A stretch of DNA of 64,000 nucleotides from Perkinsela sp. CCAP 1560/9 (Eukaryota; Protista; Euglenozoa: Kinetoplastea): NCBI GenBank assembly GCA_965644495.1, contig CBFFSA010000011.1:372001-436000 (forward strand), given 5' to 3'. A model generated the notes under the pieces. The model made no database searches and had not been told where the DNA came from. It was given only the letters and a program-made list of their open reading frames with translations. The translations under genes and the position numbers were made by a program. Below are positions 21,605-33,514 of the stretch, one piece after another (the stretch's first letter is position 1; each line of letters begins with the position of its first letter).

Positions 21605-21962
21605 ATACAACCAAAATGCGGTGGTTGACGGAATGGTTGAAGGGTACTTAAATTATCAACGACCATGAATAGTTGACCGGTAGTTGCATTCGGTAGTTGT
21701 ACAAATACGCGCGTATGCGTAGCAATATAAACAATCTCATTTTACACGAAATTTTACACAAGGATCATTTACATTCTCAACGTATCATTATTTTACAAAT
21801 GTATTTATAAAACATTTACAAACCGTTTTAGAAAGGTTTTAAAAACTTTTCAATTAAAATCCCAGCGGTGTGTTTGCTAGACAAATGTAATGTTAGTTCA
21901 TTTTTTGAAAGACATAAGTTTTACTTCCGATTTTCCTTTCTCATACAGCTTCTTCACTCCCA

Positions 21963-24452
21963 ATGATGGAAAATCTTATCTCTGTCATGAATTCCCTTCA
22001 TGACGTGTTTTCACGCATCGACATGGGTGGCACGCTGGCTAAGTCTTTGGAATTTCCTCAAATCGCCGTTGTGGGCTCTCAAAGCTGTGGAAAAAGCAGC
22101 GTCCTGGAGGCTCTCGTGGGACGTACCTTCCTCCCTCGTGGTCAGGGCATCGTGACCCGGCGACCGCTTATCCTACAACTCCATCCCGTCGATGCGCATG
22201 GGAAACCCAAGTATCAATCCTCCTCCTCGCTACCCCTCGGGAGTAGTGCAAAATACCCCTCGGGGTCGGATTCGGTTCTACGCGGGGCATTTCCTTCCCC
22301 TCCCCCTTCTTCACGATCTAGGGGATCGGATTCCGAATTACTAAATGAGCCCAGGAGCTCACGACCGACCCTCTCCTCCAAGACTCCCTCCTCTCATAAA
22401 GTAGAGCTGCTCTCCTCTCTTCCCGAGGTGCCCCCGAGTCGTCCGGACTCACGCAGCGGGGAGCAAAGCTTCTCCGGAAGCCTCGAGGCCATGGAGGAGT
22501 TAAATGGGCGACCGAGCTCACCGGGAAAAGAGGATAACGGGGTAGCAGGCCCCTCCTTTAATAAGGAGGATGGAGGGACACGTCCAACCGAGTGGGCGGA
22601 GTTTCTACATCTTCCGGGGGTAAAATTTACCAATTTTGATGAAGTCCGGCAGGAGATTGTGCATGAGACCGAAAAGGTGGCGGGACGACAGAAAAATATT
22701 TCCCCAGTGCCGATTGTGTTGAAAATTTACAGTCCCCATGTGCTGGCGCTTACCCTGATTGACCTTCCCGGGTTGGTGCGCAACCCTGTCGCGGATCAGC
22801 CGAAGGATATTGATCGACAAGTGCAAGCCATGGTGTTGGATTACGTCACGCAGCCCAATACACTCATCTTGGCCGTCTCTGCGGCTAACGCTGATATTGC
22901 CACCTCGGATGGCATTCAGCTCGCGCACCGTGTCGACCGTGAGGGAGTGCGCACGCTTGGGGTGCTGACAAAGATTGATATTATGGACGAGGGCACCGAT
23001 GCGGCTGACATTCTCGAAGGCCGCGTCATCCCTCTTCGTCGCGGATTTATCGGGGTTATGAACATGAGCCAGCGGGATCTCGATTTGGGAAAGAATGTAG
23101 GGGAGCACCGAAACGCCGAAAGAGAGTTCTTTGCTACCCATCCTAAATACCGGCACATGGCTGAGCGCTGTGGGACGGCGTACCTTGCCGAGACGCTGTC
23201 CTCCATGTTGCTGCAGCATATCCAATCTACCTTACCTACTCTACGGGGAAAGATCGAGGACTTGTTAAAGTCCACCAAGGCGGAACTTGCGAAATACGAC
23301 GAGGGCTCGCCCTCCTTACTCCACGCAGGATCAACGCAAAACGCAGCCCAGTTGTTACATCTCCTCACAGCCTATGCGAACGCCGTCTCCGAGTCCATCT
23401 CTGGACGAAGCGAGGATAGTTCCAAGGCCCGGGAGCTCTACGGCGGGGCGCGGATCAATTTTATCTTCCACGAGCGTTTTGTGCCGTACATCGCCTCCCT
23501 CTCCCCCTCCAAGGACCTTACGGATGAGCAAATCCGCATGGCGATTAGTAACAGCCAAGGCAACCGTACCGCGCTGTTCCCCTCCGAGCCCGCATTCGAG
23601 ACCTTACTGGTGGCACAACTCGCGCGGCTAAAGAAGCCCTCTTTGCGCTGTGTCGGGTTTGTCTTCGAGGAGCTGGTCCGGATCGCGGACCAGTGTGCTC
23701 ACAAACTCGAGCGCTACCCGCTGCTCCGTCGTCGTGTGTTTGAGGTCACCGTGGAGCTTTTAAATCTTCACCGCCCCATGGCCGAGGAACATCTTACGGT
23801 TAACCTCATGGCCGAGCGGCTCTATATTAACTCCAACCACCCCGATTTCGGAGACTCCTCGGCGATTTTACAAGCGGCCTATGGTGTCAGTGGGGCACAC
23901 GCGCCGAGTGAAATACAGCATGCTGCGCCTCCCGCTAGCGCTCAGCTGCGTACGCGTGCGACGACCACAGCCGTAAACCCCAATGTTGGAAATCAAAATG
24001 TCGCCCCCTCCACAAGCTCCATGTTTCCTCCCGCTCCGGTAATGGAGGGGAAACCAACAATAGAGCGTGTGCCGTTTCCCGCTCACGGGTTTGACACCAT
24101 CCCGGATCAAATTACCCACACCGGGCCATTAAGTGAGCGCGAGGGCAGGGAGCATTTTGCGCTACGCAGCCTCATTGAGTCCTATTTCCGTGTGGTGAAA
24201 AAGACGGTGCAGGACCAGACCCCGAAGATTGTGACCTATTTTTTGGTCAAGCGGCTCACGGAGAGGCTGCGGAATTTTTTGGTCGAGAAACTCTACAAGG
24301 AGGGGCTGCTGGAGGCGATGTTGCAAGAGAATGAGGAGGTGGTGCGTCGGCGCTCCGCGGCGCAACGTATGCTGGCCTGTTTGAACGCCGCAAAGGAAGT
24401 CCTGGATAGTGTGAATGACGGTTCCTTTGCCGCAGCCTATCGTGGAAATTAG
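21963..24452 (+). CDS. Dynamin-related protein (DRP1/Vps1-like) with a Ser/Pro-rich insert in the GTPase domain
   Basis: PQIAVVGSQSCGKSS, LPRGQGIVTRRPL, DLPG, TKID, LYGGARINFIF, C-terminal GED. Confidence 0.95.
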   Translation: MMENLISVMNSLHDVFSRIDMGGTLAKSLEFPQIAVVGSQSCGKSSVLEALVGRTFLPRGQGIVTRRPLILQLHPVDAHGKPKYQSSSSLPLGSSAKYPSGSDSVLRGAFPSPPPSSRSRGSDSELLNEPRSSRPTLSSKTPSSHKVELLSSLPEVPPSRPDSRSGEQSFSGSLEAMEELNGRPSSPGKEDNGVAGPSFNKEDGGTRPTEWAEFLHLPGVKFTNFDEVRQEIVHETEKVAGRQKNISPVPIVLKIYSPHVLALTLIDLPGLVRNPVADQPKDIDRQVQAMVLDYVTQPNTLILAVSAANADIATSDGIQLAHRVDREGVRTLGVLTKIDIMDEGTDAADILEGRVIPLRRGFIGVMNMSQRDLDLGKNVGEHRNAEREFFATHPKYRHMAERCGTAYLAETLSSMLLQHIQSTLPTLRGKIEDLLKSTKAELAKYDEGSPSLLHAGSTQNAAQLLHLLTAYANAVSESISGRSEDSSKARELYGGARINFIFHERFVPYIASLSPSKDLTDEQIRMAISNSQGNRTALFPSEPAFETLLVAQLARLKKPSLRCVGFVFEELVRIADQCAHKLERYPLLRRRVFEVTVELLNLHRPMAEEHLTVNLMAERLYINSNHPDFGDSSAILQAAYGVSGAHAPSEIQHAAPPASAQLRTRATTTAVNPNVGNQNVAPSTSSMFPPAPVMEGKPTIERVPFPAHGFDTIPDQITHTGPLSEREGREHFALRSLIESYFRVVKKTVQDQTPKIVTYFLVKRLTERLRNFLVEKLYKEGLLEAMLQENEEVVRRRSAAQRMLACLNAAKEVLDSVNDGSFAAAYRGN

Positions 24453-24814
24453 GTTTGAATTTATTAAAAACGTATGTGTATCTTTGCGTTTTGTTTTGAA
24501 ATTGATTTGTACAAAGCTCCCACTTCTCGAAAATGGGAGTACTTGAAAACCTGATCGAATACAGTTTGAACTATGGAGTCATGGCCAAATGTGTTCCACG
24601 GTGAAATAAGAAGGCATTGACATAATGCTGTAAACGAATATCCAAAACAATATTATCCTTGATTTATTTAGGTGATATTCTTGAATTCTAACTGTTTCTG
24701 GTAAATAGAGGTTTTTACTCCCAAGTACCAAGAGTTCTATTATTTCTTCGAAATTTGAACACAGACCATCTCTCCTTTCTTTCTACTCAAAGACGTTGGA
24801 TTCTTTCTATTTCC

Positions 24815-27418
24815 ATGTCAACTAATCCATCACCAACCCCGTCGGAGAATCGTCCTAGTGATCCATTATGTCTGATTAATGAAGACTGTATTTTTACATC
24901 AACAGAAAAGTTTAATCAGTTCCTGTCTTTCGCTGCACACACATCGGAACCTGCAGCGGAGACATTTCCCCCGTCGACTGAATACAATATCATTGGAATC
25001 CTCGGAGGTCAAAGTACCGGAAAATCGACTCTTCTCAACGCACTATTTGGGACAACCTTTCCTGTGATGGACGAGGACGCGGGAAGGTATCAAACCACAA
25101 AAGGGTTATGGCTTGCGCACGCACACTCATCTTCGACGAAAACTCCTTTGTTTGTAATGGATGCAGAAGGCACCGATGGTCGTGAGCGGTTTGATGACCA
25201 AACGTTTGAACGGCGCGCTTCTTTATTCTCTCTCGCCACTTGCGACCTACTTGTGATTAATCTTTTAAGCTCTGAAGTGGGACGATACAACGCCGCGAAT
25301 CTGAGTTTGCTGCGCTGTGTTATGGAGCTCTATCTCCAGTTGTTCTCGAAAAGTGTGGAGCACACCAATAATGGTGGGGAAGAATCACAACTAGAACACA
25401 CGGAGGAAAGAGAGTTTGTAGAGACTGAGAAAGTTACGGAGCGCTCTAACGAATTTGATGCGTCTACAGAGATTAGAAATGAGACTCCTCGAATTAATGA
25501 AGAAACACCTAAGACTGAGCCCAAGGTTCCGGTAAGCGGCCACCGTCGTATGCAGCTTCTTTTCATTCTTCGCGACCATGTCAAGACTTCTTTTGACACC
25601 GAAGTAACTGTCCTGGAGAAATCATTGCGTCAAGTGTGGAGTGGTGTCTATCGCTCAGGAAACGCAACACCGAATGTTACGCCTCAGCGAAATACCGATC
25701 GCTCGAATGTCAGCACCTCGAAACGCAGCGCCAAACGACGTAATCGCAAATTTCATGCACACAAATCTTACAACTCGGGGTTGGCAGAATCATCGGGCCA
25801 TACCCACGAGCTCCCTACAGATAGCACTTTCGAACCCGAGCACATGTTTGAGGATTACTTTGATGTCTCTTATTTCGCTCTCCCACACTACCAGTTGCAA
25901 CGTAGCGAATTTGACCAGCAAATTGAAACTCTAAAACACAAATTTCGTTTCGACGCGGCGTGTATTCTTCCCTCGCTCCCACTTCGTGCCGCACGTCCAT
26001 GCGGCCGAGGTCTGGACGTCCCCCTCGAAGCGCTCTACATTTATATGAGTAACTGCTGGGCTACGATTTGTGACAACAAGGAAATTGACATTCCTTCTCA
26101 AAAAGAGCTGATTGCGGTGCACCGATGTGCAGAGCTTCGTCGAGACACCCTCACGGTGGTCGAGAAAACGCTATCGGAATGGAATGCGCAGCTTCGGGAT
26201 AAAAAGCCAATCCCGCGTTTGATGGCACAAGTCCGTTCGTTAGCCCACGCCCACGAGCGACAAATGCAGCACCGCGCGGAGCTCTACCCCCGTCATACGG
26301 TCTCCAAACTGAGCCATGAGCTGCATGAGGAGATTTTACGGCAGGCGGAGCCCATTTTAGAGGCGCAGTTACAGCTTGTGCTCAGCAGCGCTCAATCCGC
26401 GCTAGAAGCTGAACTCTTTCTCCCCCTGGATCGAATTCTCCAAGCTGGTTTACCTGTAGAAACGACATGGCCTCAAATTCGAGAATTACTCCAGTCCTTG
26501 CGGAAAGGTCTGATTCCTCGTTTTATTCGGTTACAGGAAAAGGCACAAACATTAGATGAAGCGCTGAGCGATTCTGCAATTTCACGATTGGAGCTCAATC
26601 TTGAAATCACGTTTGATCGACGACTACGCGCCTTAGCTCGTGATGCGCACAAACACATGGCTTCTCTTTTTGAGTACGCGTTGCATCACAAAAAGGATGG
26701 CGCCCTACGGGTCTACCCCTCCCTTGCAGGACTGATGAAGCGTGCGAGTGTGGTCGAGAAACTCGGGGTGCGGTATTTGGAAAATGTCTGCTGCAATCGG
26801 TTAAAAAACAGAGAATGGGATTCAAGTGTTGGTATAAAAATCGAGGGCCCGAATGTTCATTTATGTGTGCCGTTAAGTAAAACCTGGTCTAGTGATGTGG
26901 AGAAAGCTTTGCAGGTCATAAAATCGAGTGGAGAAGTTTCGGAGGATAAGGCGAATACGGAAGAGATTGACCATGGAGATGTCGTACCGTTGATCTTACA
27001 AGAGTGGGAGCTACAACGTGCCTACGAGCTTTATAAGCAGCAAACGCAGTTCACGGTACAGCTTTTGCAGAGGACTATGGAATCCCCTTCACGGACGCAC
27101 ATTCCGCTTTGGTTTTGGGCGTTGTTTGCTTTTTTTGCATTCGACGATGTTTGTTACATGCTGACGAGTCCTCTGTGGTTGATGCTTGCGCTTACGCTGG
27201 GGTATTTGTTCCTACATGAATGGATCTCAGTGCGTTGGGAAAAAATAAATCGAATCGGAGATCTACTGCAACTGCAAAACGTCTTTAGTTTCTTGCAACC
27301 CCTTTCTGGAGACCTTAAAACGCGTAAAATGGACACTCCGCCAGATCGCTCTACGAAGGATAAAGCAAATAAAAGGATATCATCCAGCACAGATTCCCTT
27401 AGTGGAGATTCCCCTTAG
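24815..27418 (+). CDS. SEY1: SEY1/RHD3 ER-fusion GTPase
   Basis: GGQSTGKSTLLNALFGTTF, QTTKGLW, DAEGTDGRER, LFILRDH, C-terminal TM hairpin IPLWFWALF. Confidence 0.93.
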   Translation: MSTNPSPTPSENRPSDPLCLINEDCIFTSTEKFNQFLSFAAHTSEPAAETFPPSTEYNIIGILGGQSTGKSTLLNALFGTTFPVMDEDAGRYQTTKGLWLAHAHSSSTKTPLFVMDAEGTDGRERFDDQTFERRASLFSLATCDLLVINLLSSEVGRYNAANLSLLRCVMELYLQLFSKSVEHTNNGGEESQLEHTEEREFVETEKVTERSNEFDASTEIRNETPRINEETPKTEPKVPVSGHRRMQLLFILRDHVKTSFDTEVTVLEKSLRQVWSGVYRSGNATPNVTPQRNTDRSNVSTSKRSAKRRNRKFHAHKSYNSGLAESSGHTHELPTDSTFEPEHMFEDYFDVSYFALPHYQLQRSEFDQQIETLKHKFRFDAACILPSLPLRAARPCGRGLDVPLEALYIYMSNCWATICDNKEIDIPSQKELIAVHRCAELRRDTLTVVEKTLSEWNAQLRDKKPIPRLMAQVRSLAHAHERQMQHRAELYPRHTVSKLSHELHEEILRQAEPILEAQLQLVLSSAQSALEAELFLPLDRILQAGLPVETTWPQIRELLQSLRKGLIPRFIRLQEKAQTLDEALSDSAISRLELNLEITFDRRLRALARDAHKHMASLFEYALHHKKDGALRVYPSLAGLMKRASVVEKLGVRYLENVCCNRLKNREWDSSVGIKIEGPNVHLCVPLSKTWSSDVEKALQVIKSSGEVSEDKANTEEIDHGDVVPLILQEWELQRAYELYKQQTQFTVQLLQRTMESPSRTHIPLWFWALFAFFAFDDVCYMLTSPLWLMLALTLGYLFLHEWISVRWEKINRIGDLLQLQNVFSFLQPLSGDLKTRKMDTPPDRSTKDKANKRISSSTDSLSGDSP

Positions 27419-27797
27419 TGAAGAGGGCACGAAAAATGATTCGTATTAACTCACGTAGATTGTAGCAGACTTTATCGTACTAGGTGTACGAGATGTGTAT
27501 GTGTACTGGTTTGGAATGTGAGTAACTCCTTGCACAACAGCCTCTTTCTTAGCAAACGGTGGTCGGGGCTATGTTCCGACATATTTTTTAAATGACTCTT
27601 AGCAGATGCCTTCTCCAACAGATTGGTTTTTGTTGTACATGACTTTGCTTTTAGATTCATGTTATTTATTTATTTTTCATCCCGAATGACAAGTAACAAC
27701 GTACTTTCCATTCAACACCTTTTTACCAGCTTTTTACCACACAAATTTTCAAATTCAAAATTCAGGTTCACCAATGTTTTTTTAATAATCTACCTAA

Positions 27798-28676
27798 ATG
27801 GCGCCACACAATCTTACCCCATTCTTGCAATCTAAACTGCAAGAGTATCGTGGAATCAAACATTTTGACCCATTGGCATGGGTTGACTCAAAATGTCTTG
27901 CCCTCAACCAATACATGACGAAGCATAACCTCTCCGGGTGTGTCACCTCCGTCTCCGGTGGTATCGACAGCGCAGTGACTCTCTTTCTCTGTGCTCGGGC
28001 AAAACAGATGTCGCAGTCGCCTATTCGTCGAAATATTGCGCTGTGTCAACCCATTGAGAGTAGCGACTGGGCCACGGAACGAGGGATGGAAAATGCAAAG
28101 GCCTGCGGGGCTGAAATCGTGCTGATCGACCAAACCGCATCTCATCGTTTGCTCTCGGCTAAGATCGAAACGGCAATGGGTGTCGAGAAACCGAACACTT
28201 TTGCTCGTGGTCAACTTCGCTCGTACATGCGCACTCCGGTTAGTTACTATGTAGCGCAGCTTTTGGGTGCACAAGAATGTCCAGCGATTGTAATGGGCAC
28301 AGGCAATGAGGACGGCTATTTGGGCTACTTCTGCAAGGCAGGAGATGGGGTGTTTGACGTATCACTAATATCAGATTTACACAAATCGGAGGTGTACGCT
28401 GTGGGACAGCATTTAAGCGTGCCGCTGAACACCTTGAACGCCTCGCCTTCGGCTGATCTGTGGCCAAATCAGACGGATGAGGATGAGCTAAACGTTCTCT
28501 ATGACACTGTTGAGCTTTACACTGGATGGTTTCTGCAACTTGCAAAGGAGGAACAAGATCAGTTTTTGTCCTCTATGGATGAAACCTCTAAAAGCATTTT
28601 CTTGAAAGATGCCACTCAAATAGAAAGTTTACATAGGCGAAACGCGCATAAGCTATCGCCGTCCGTACTCTTGTGA
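27798..28676 (+). CDS. NH3-dependent NAD+ synthetase (single domain)
   Basis: SGGIDS PP-loop, GQLRSYMR, GYFCKAGDG, DLHKSEV, PSADLWPNQTDEDEL. Confidence 0.92.
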   Translation: MAPHNLTPFLQSKLQEYRGIKHFDPLAWVDSKCLALNQYMTKHNLSGCVTSVSGGIDSAVTLFLCARAKQMSQSPIRRNIALCQPIESSDWATERGMENAKACGAEIVLIDQTASHRLLSAKIETAMGVEKPNTFARGQLRSYMRTPVSYYVAQLLGAQECPAIVMGTGNEDGYLGYFCKAGDGVFDVSLISDLHKSEVYAVGQHLSVPLNTLNASPSADLWPNQTDEDELNVLYDTVELYTGWFLQLAKEEQDQFLSSMDETSKSIFLKDATQIESLHRRNAHKLSPSVLL

Positions 28677-28947
28677 GAGTAAAATTTCTCACGCTTTGTG
28701 ATGACGGGCCCTATTGTGCATCCATTTACTCACTAACCGCAAAAACCTTTTTAACAAAAATCTTTCTCAAAGACGCACACAAATCATTGTATCACTATAC
28801 AACCACCATACACATGATTTTTATCCCTAAATTTATTCTTGTAACGAAAAACAAAAATCTTTTCTGTCTTTCCTAGACATCTCTGTTTTACTTACTGTAG
28901 ATAGACATCTCTCTTTTTACTCCCCATCTCTCCCCCCTCTCCCCACC

Positions 28948-31900
28948 ATGGATTTCCTCAGCACCATTGATTTCGCCGCCGCTCTCGACGAGGAGGAGGA
29001 GGAGGAGGCCAAGAACCACGCCTCACGGTACGGCCGGCTCCACCCCTCCCAGCGTGGGCTTCACCCTTTCCTCCCCTCACCCTCTTCAACGACCACAACC
29101 CCGATGGCCCCCTTTACACGTCAAACTACCCAACCCAGTGATTTCGGTCCCACACAGGATTCGGTGTATTCGCTCGGTACCACTCAAGAGGATACCCAAG
29201 ATGATTTCAGTGATACTGAAGAAGACGAAGAAGACGAAAACTCCGAAGACCATGAAGATGAAGAAGAAAACGATGAAACCCCAAACGGTGACCGCGACGA
29301 AAATCATCCCAGTGTGTTTGCTCTTCACTCTGCCTCTTCTACACTATTATCTCAAAATACGGAAATTCAATCCATTGCCCCTTCTGAGGTGAACAGTGAT
29401 GAGAGCAGCTGTTCAAGTCTTGAGGAAGACGAAGAAGAAGACTATGAAGAAGGAGAGGATGGAAGGAAGGGGAAACGTAAAAAGGCCAACGGGGCCTTAT
29501 CCCATCTCCCGGCCCATGCCTGCGCGTACTGTGGGTGTGGGGACCCGGCCGCGGTGGTCCAGTGCGGGGTGGGACGCTGCGGGAAGTGGTTCTGTAACGG
29601 CCGCGGCTCCACCGCGGGGTCTCATGCCATCCACCATTGCATCCGGAGTAAACACAAGGAGGTGGTGCTGCACCCGGAGGGGTTGCTCGGGGATACCACC
29701 CTGGAGTGTTTCGTTTGCGGCAATAAGAATGTGTTTGTGCTGGGGTTCGTGCCGAGTTGTACCGAGAGTGTGGTGATTTTGCTGTGCCGGGATCCGTGTT
29801 TGGGAACGTCCCAGGCGGGAAGTGGGACGGATTGGGATCCGTCGACGTGGTTGCCGTTGATTGAGGATCGGAAGCTGTTGCCGTGGCTGGTGAAGTCGCC
29901 TTCGGCGGCGGAGATGGCACGGTGTCGGAAGATTACCACGGAGCAGATTGTGAAGCTGGAGGAGTTGTGGAAAACGAACCCGCAGGGGAGCATTGAGGAT
30001 TTGAATCCGGCGCAGGCTTCTCGTACCGGTCCGCTGGAGTCCGTTTGTTTCTTTTATGAGGATGCTTACCACTACCAAGCCGTGTTTACCCCTCTGATTG
30101 AGATGGAAGCCGCCTATGACGAGGCCATGAAGGCGTCACAAGCCATCACGAATGCGACAATATCGTGGACGCCGGGGATTAGTGGAAAAACCATGGCCAC
30201 GTTTGTGTTTCCTCGCGCCGACAGCGACACACGACTGGTCGTGGGAGACGAAATTCGTATTATACATCCCTCGGAAAAGCTCGCCGCCGAAAACCAAGGA
30301 AAGCTGTCCGGCGGTGCGAAAGACCCCACCTTGGGTGTTTTGTCGCGGGCTGTGGCGTCAAAGTCCGGAAAATCGAAATCTATATCGCTGCGTTCCTCGG
30401 GTGCGACCTTAAACGAATCCATTGCGCTGACGCTGGAGCAAAAGATTTTATCCCAGAAATGGCAGCAAGGGGCGTTCGACAAGAAGCCCGGCGACAAGAA
30501 GGTAAAGGGTGAGGACGAGGGGCTTGGGGTCGTGGGCACCGTCGTCCGCATCAATGTCACCCCCACCTCCACCGATGAGATCACCGTCGAACTCAAACCC
30601 ACGGAAGCGCAAAAAGTCCACACCGAGCTCACCCACGGGTACATCTGCGAAATGGTATGGAAACCGGTCACCTTTGAGCGCATGAAACAAGCCATGCGGG
30701 TGTTCGCCGCCGACGAGAGCAGCGTAAGTGCCTACCTCTACCACCGTCTCCTGGGCCACGCCGTGGAGCACCACCCCACCCTCCCCGTGGACCTCCCCAA
30801 AACCCTCCACGCCCCCTCCCTCCCCAAACTCAACCCCAGCCAGGCCGCCGCGGTGCGCAGTGTGCTCCCCCAGCCCCTGAGTCTTATCCAAGGCCCCCCG
30901 GGGACGGGGAAGACGGTGACCAGTGCCACCCTCGTCTACCACATGGCCTCCCTGAACAAAACCCAGGTCCTGGTCACCGCCCCCAGCAACGTGGCCGTGG
31001 ACCACCTCGCGGAGCGCATCGCGAAGACCGGGCTCCGTGTGGTCCGCATGTGCGCCCGGTCCCGGGAGAGCGTGCTGAGTGTCGTGGAGCCCCTGACACT
31101 GCACGCCCAGGTGGAGAGCCTAGCCACGAACAGCCCCCAGTGGAGCGAGCTGTACAAACTGCGCAAACTCCGCGACGTGCTGGGCCATCTCTCCACCGCG
31201 GATGAGCATAAATATGTCCATTTGTTGCGAAAAATGGAGAGCGAGCTGCTCCGGGGGGCGGATGTGGTGTGCACGACCTGTGTGGGGAGCGGGGACAGCC
31301 GTCTCGGTCGGTTTCGGTTCAAACATGTGCTGATTGATGAGAGCACGCAGTCGTGTGAGCCGGAGACGCTGCTGGCGCTGGTGCGCGGGGTCCGGCAGGT
31401 CGTCCTCGTCGGGGACCACTGCCAGCTGGGGCCGGTGATTTTGTGTAAGGAGGCGACGAAAGCGGGGCTCGGGCGGTCGTTGTTCGAGCGGCTCGTGCTG
31501 CTCGGGGTGCGGCCGTACCGTCTGCAGGTGCAGTACCGGATGCACCCCGCGATCTCGGCCTTCCCCTCCGCAACGTTCTATGAGGGGACGTTACAGAATG
31601 GGGTGACGCAGGAGGAGAGGCTGCGGGAGGAACACCCGTTTCCGTGGCCCTGCCCCCATAAGCCGCTGTTCTTTTACAACAGCATTGGGGCTGAGGAGCT
31701 CAGTGGGAGTGGCACGAGCTACCTGAACCGGGTAGAAGGGGCGCTGGTTGAGAAATGTGTCACCCAGCTCCTCCAAGTCGGGGTACTCCCCGATGATGTG
31801 GGGATTATTACCCCCTACGAGGGCCAACGGGCCTATGTGGTCCACTATCTACAACGAAACGGTACTCTCCCCTCGGACCTCTACAAACGTATCGAGGTCA

Positions 31901-32625
31901 GCTCCGTGGATGCGTTCCAGGGCCGGGAGAAGCAGTACATTATCCTTAGCTGTGTGCGAAGTAATGACCACCAGGGGATTGGTTTCCTCTCGGATGCGCG
32001 ACGGCTTAATGTCGCGCTTACCCGAGCCCAGAGCGGGCTGATCATTATCGGCAACGGTCGGGTGTTAAGTCGCAGCCCTCTGTGGCACGCGCTGATCTCC
32101 CATTACAAGGCCATGAGTCTGGTCGTGGAAGGGCCACTGAGTGGGTTAAAGGCTGTGAATCTCACTTTGCAGCGCCCCTATGAGATTCGCAGTGGGTTGT
32201 TTCGAACCCAGACCGAGTTGGTCGCGGGGGTCGGGGGGACAAAGGAACAAGCCGCAAATGTTGCTGTCCCCAAGACAGCGATGGAGGCCGCCCCTGAGAT
32301 GTATGACACCCCGATCGATGGGTCCTACTCCCGGGCCCTGCGTGAGGGGGGGAGGGGGGAGAAACCCTCCGCGGCCGGGGGTGAGGGCGTGGGCGGCACG
32401 CGGGAGGCCGCACTTCCGGGGTTGAACAAGGGAAAGGAGGCAGCGGGTGGGAAAAACAATGAACAAACAAGCCCAATGGAGACAGGAGCTGTCCCGTATC
32501 ACCCTCGCATGACGCCCGCGGCTCAGGCCCAGTCCTATGTGAAGGCGCTGGAGACCCATTTGCGGAAGCAGCCGGGGAGGGAGGCGGAAGGTGGCAGGGG
32601 GGCGGTCGGGGGTGGGAGGAGGTAA
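28948..32625 (+). CDS. UPF1: Regulator of nonsense transcripts 1 (SF1 helicase)
   Basis: CH domain (HACAYCG, KWFCNG, LECFVCG), QGPPGTGKT, IDESTQ, GDHCQLGP, QYRMHP, VDAFQGREK, NVALTRA. Confidence 0.97.
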   Translation: MDFLSTIDFAAALDEEEEEEAKNHASRYGRLHPSQRGLHPFLPSPSSTTTTPMAPFTRQTTQPSDFGPTQDSVYSLGTTQEDTQDDFSDTEEDEEDENSEDHEDEEENDETPNGDRDENHPSVFALHSASSTLLSQNTEIQSIAPSEVNSDESSCSSLEEDEEEDYEEGEDGRKGKRKKANGALSHLPAHACAYCGCGDPAAVVQCGVGRCGKWFCNGRGSTAGSHAIHHCIRSKHKEVVLHPEGLLGDTTLECFVCGNKNVFVLGFVPSCTESVVILLCRDPCLGTSQAGSGTDWDPSTWLPLIEDRKLLPWLVKSPSAAEMARCRKITTEQIVKLEELWKTNPQGSIEDLNPAQASRTGPLESVCFFYEDAYHYQAVFTPLIEMEAAYDEAMKASQAITNATISWTPGISGKTMATFVFPRADSDTRLVVGDEIRIIHPSEKLAAENQGKLSGGAKDPTLGVLSRAVASKSGKSKSISLRSSGATLNESIALTLEQKILSQKWQQGAFDKKPGDKKVKGEDEGLGVVGTVVRINVTPTSTDEITVELKPTEAQKVHTELTHGYICEMVWKPVTFERMKQAMRVFAADESSVSAYLYHRLLGHAVEHHPTLPVDLPKTLHAPSLPKLNPSQAAAVRSVLPQPLSLIQGPPGTGKTVTSATLVYHMASLNKTQVLVTAPSNVAVDHLAERIAKTGLRVVRMCARSRESVLSVVEPLTLHAQVESLATNSPQWSELYKLRKLRDVLGHLSTADEHKYVHLLRKMESELLRGADVVCTTCVGSGDSRLGRFRFKHVLIDESTQSCEPETLLALVRGVRQVVLVGDHCQLGPVILCKEATKAGLGRSLFERLVLLGVRPYRLQVQYRMHPAISAFPSATFYEGTLQNGVTQEERLREEHPFPWPCPHKPLFFYNSIGAEELSGSGTSYLNRVEGALVEKCVTQLLQVGVLPDDVGIITPYEGQRAYVVHYLQRNGTLPSDLYKRIEVSSVDAFQGREKQYIILSCVRSNDHQGIGFLSDARRLNVALTRAQSGLIIIGNGRVLSRSPLWHALISHYKAMSLVVEGPLSGLKAVNLTLQRPYEIRSGLFRTQTELVAGVGGTKEQAANVAVPKTAMEAAPEMYDTPIDGSYSRALREGGRGEKPSAAGGEGVGGTREAALPGLNKGKEAAGGKNNEQTSPMETGAVPYHPRMTPAAQAQSYVKALETHLRKQPGREAEGGRGAVGGGRR

Positions 32626-33514
32626 AAGGCTTCGTGATTGAAGGAAATATAGGGAAACGAGATCTGTGGGTGGTGGAATACGGCATATGATATTTTTCTG
32701 TACGAAAACATTACGAAACGATTATTTTTGTGAGCGTGTGTGAATGACAGTGCCTGAATGCGAGGGTATCAAAGAGGTGACAATAGCGAAATGTGGTGAC
32801 TTTCGGACTTTTGGGAAAAGAACATCGTACTTTGCTTCAATGCGTGTTTCGCACATGTAATATTGCTTTTCCACTTATGATCAATGTGTAACCAGTAGCT
32901 TCCAAGACCCTAAAGATATGCGAAAGGTCTAACTCTTGGGAAACATCGTTCACATCCACAATTTTCGCGCATGGGCAACTTACAGTAAACATACTGAAGT
33001 GCACGTGTCTGTGAAACCTATTGCTTCTCTCCCGATTATGGAACCTTTCAAGACTCTCAATTTCGATGCACGTGCTCTCAGAGTATTATCCCTTTGAAAA
33101 GTGTGCGCCACATTATTTATTTCTTACATTATGTATGCAATACTGTTTGCTAATATTATTTTTATTTTTTCTCAAGGTATTCTTCTGGTAGGGTGCTCAA
33201 GGTGAGAACTTCTGTCACTCTGCATTTACTGCTATTCAAAGCATTTCGAATTGTAGTAAGAGAATACGTACTGTCGCTATCAGTAATGTCGCCACGATAC
33301 GGTAGCTAGTGTCGCTACTTTGTATGAAATTGTTTTGATGAACCTTGAAGAATCATGATGTCCTGCATTTATCAATTAATGATCGATTATTTTAAAATAA
33401 ACCGTAAAGGCTTGGATTCTAAAATTTTGATATACATTTCTCGGAGTAGTACTCCAGTGATTTTAATCTTTACTCCAATAGCAGACTCTTTTTTACATTG
33501 CACTCGTTCCAATT

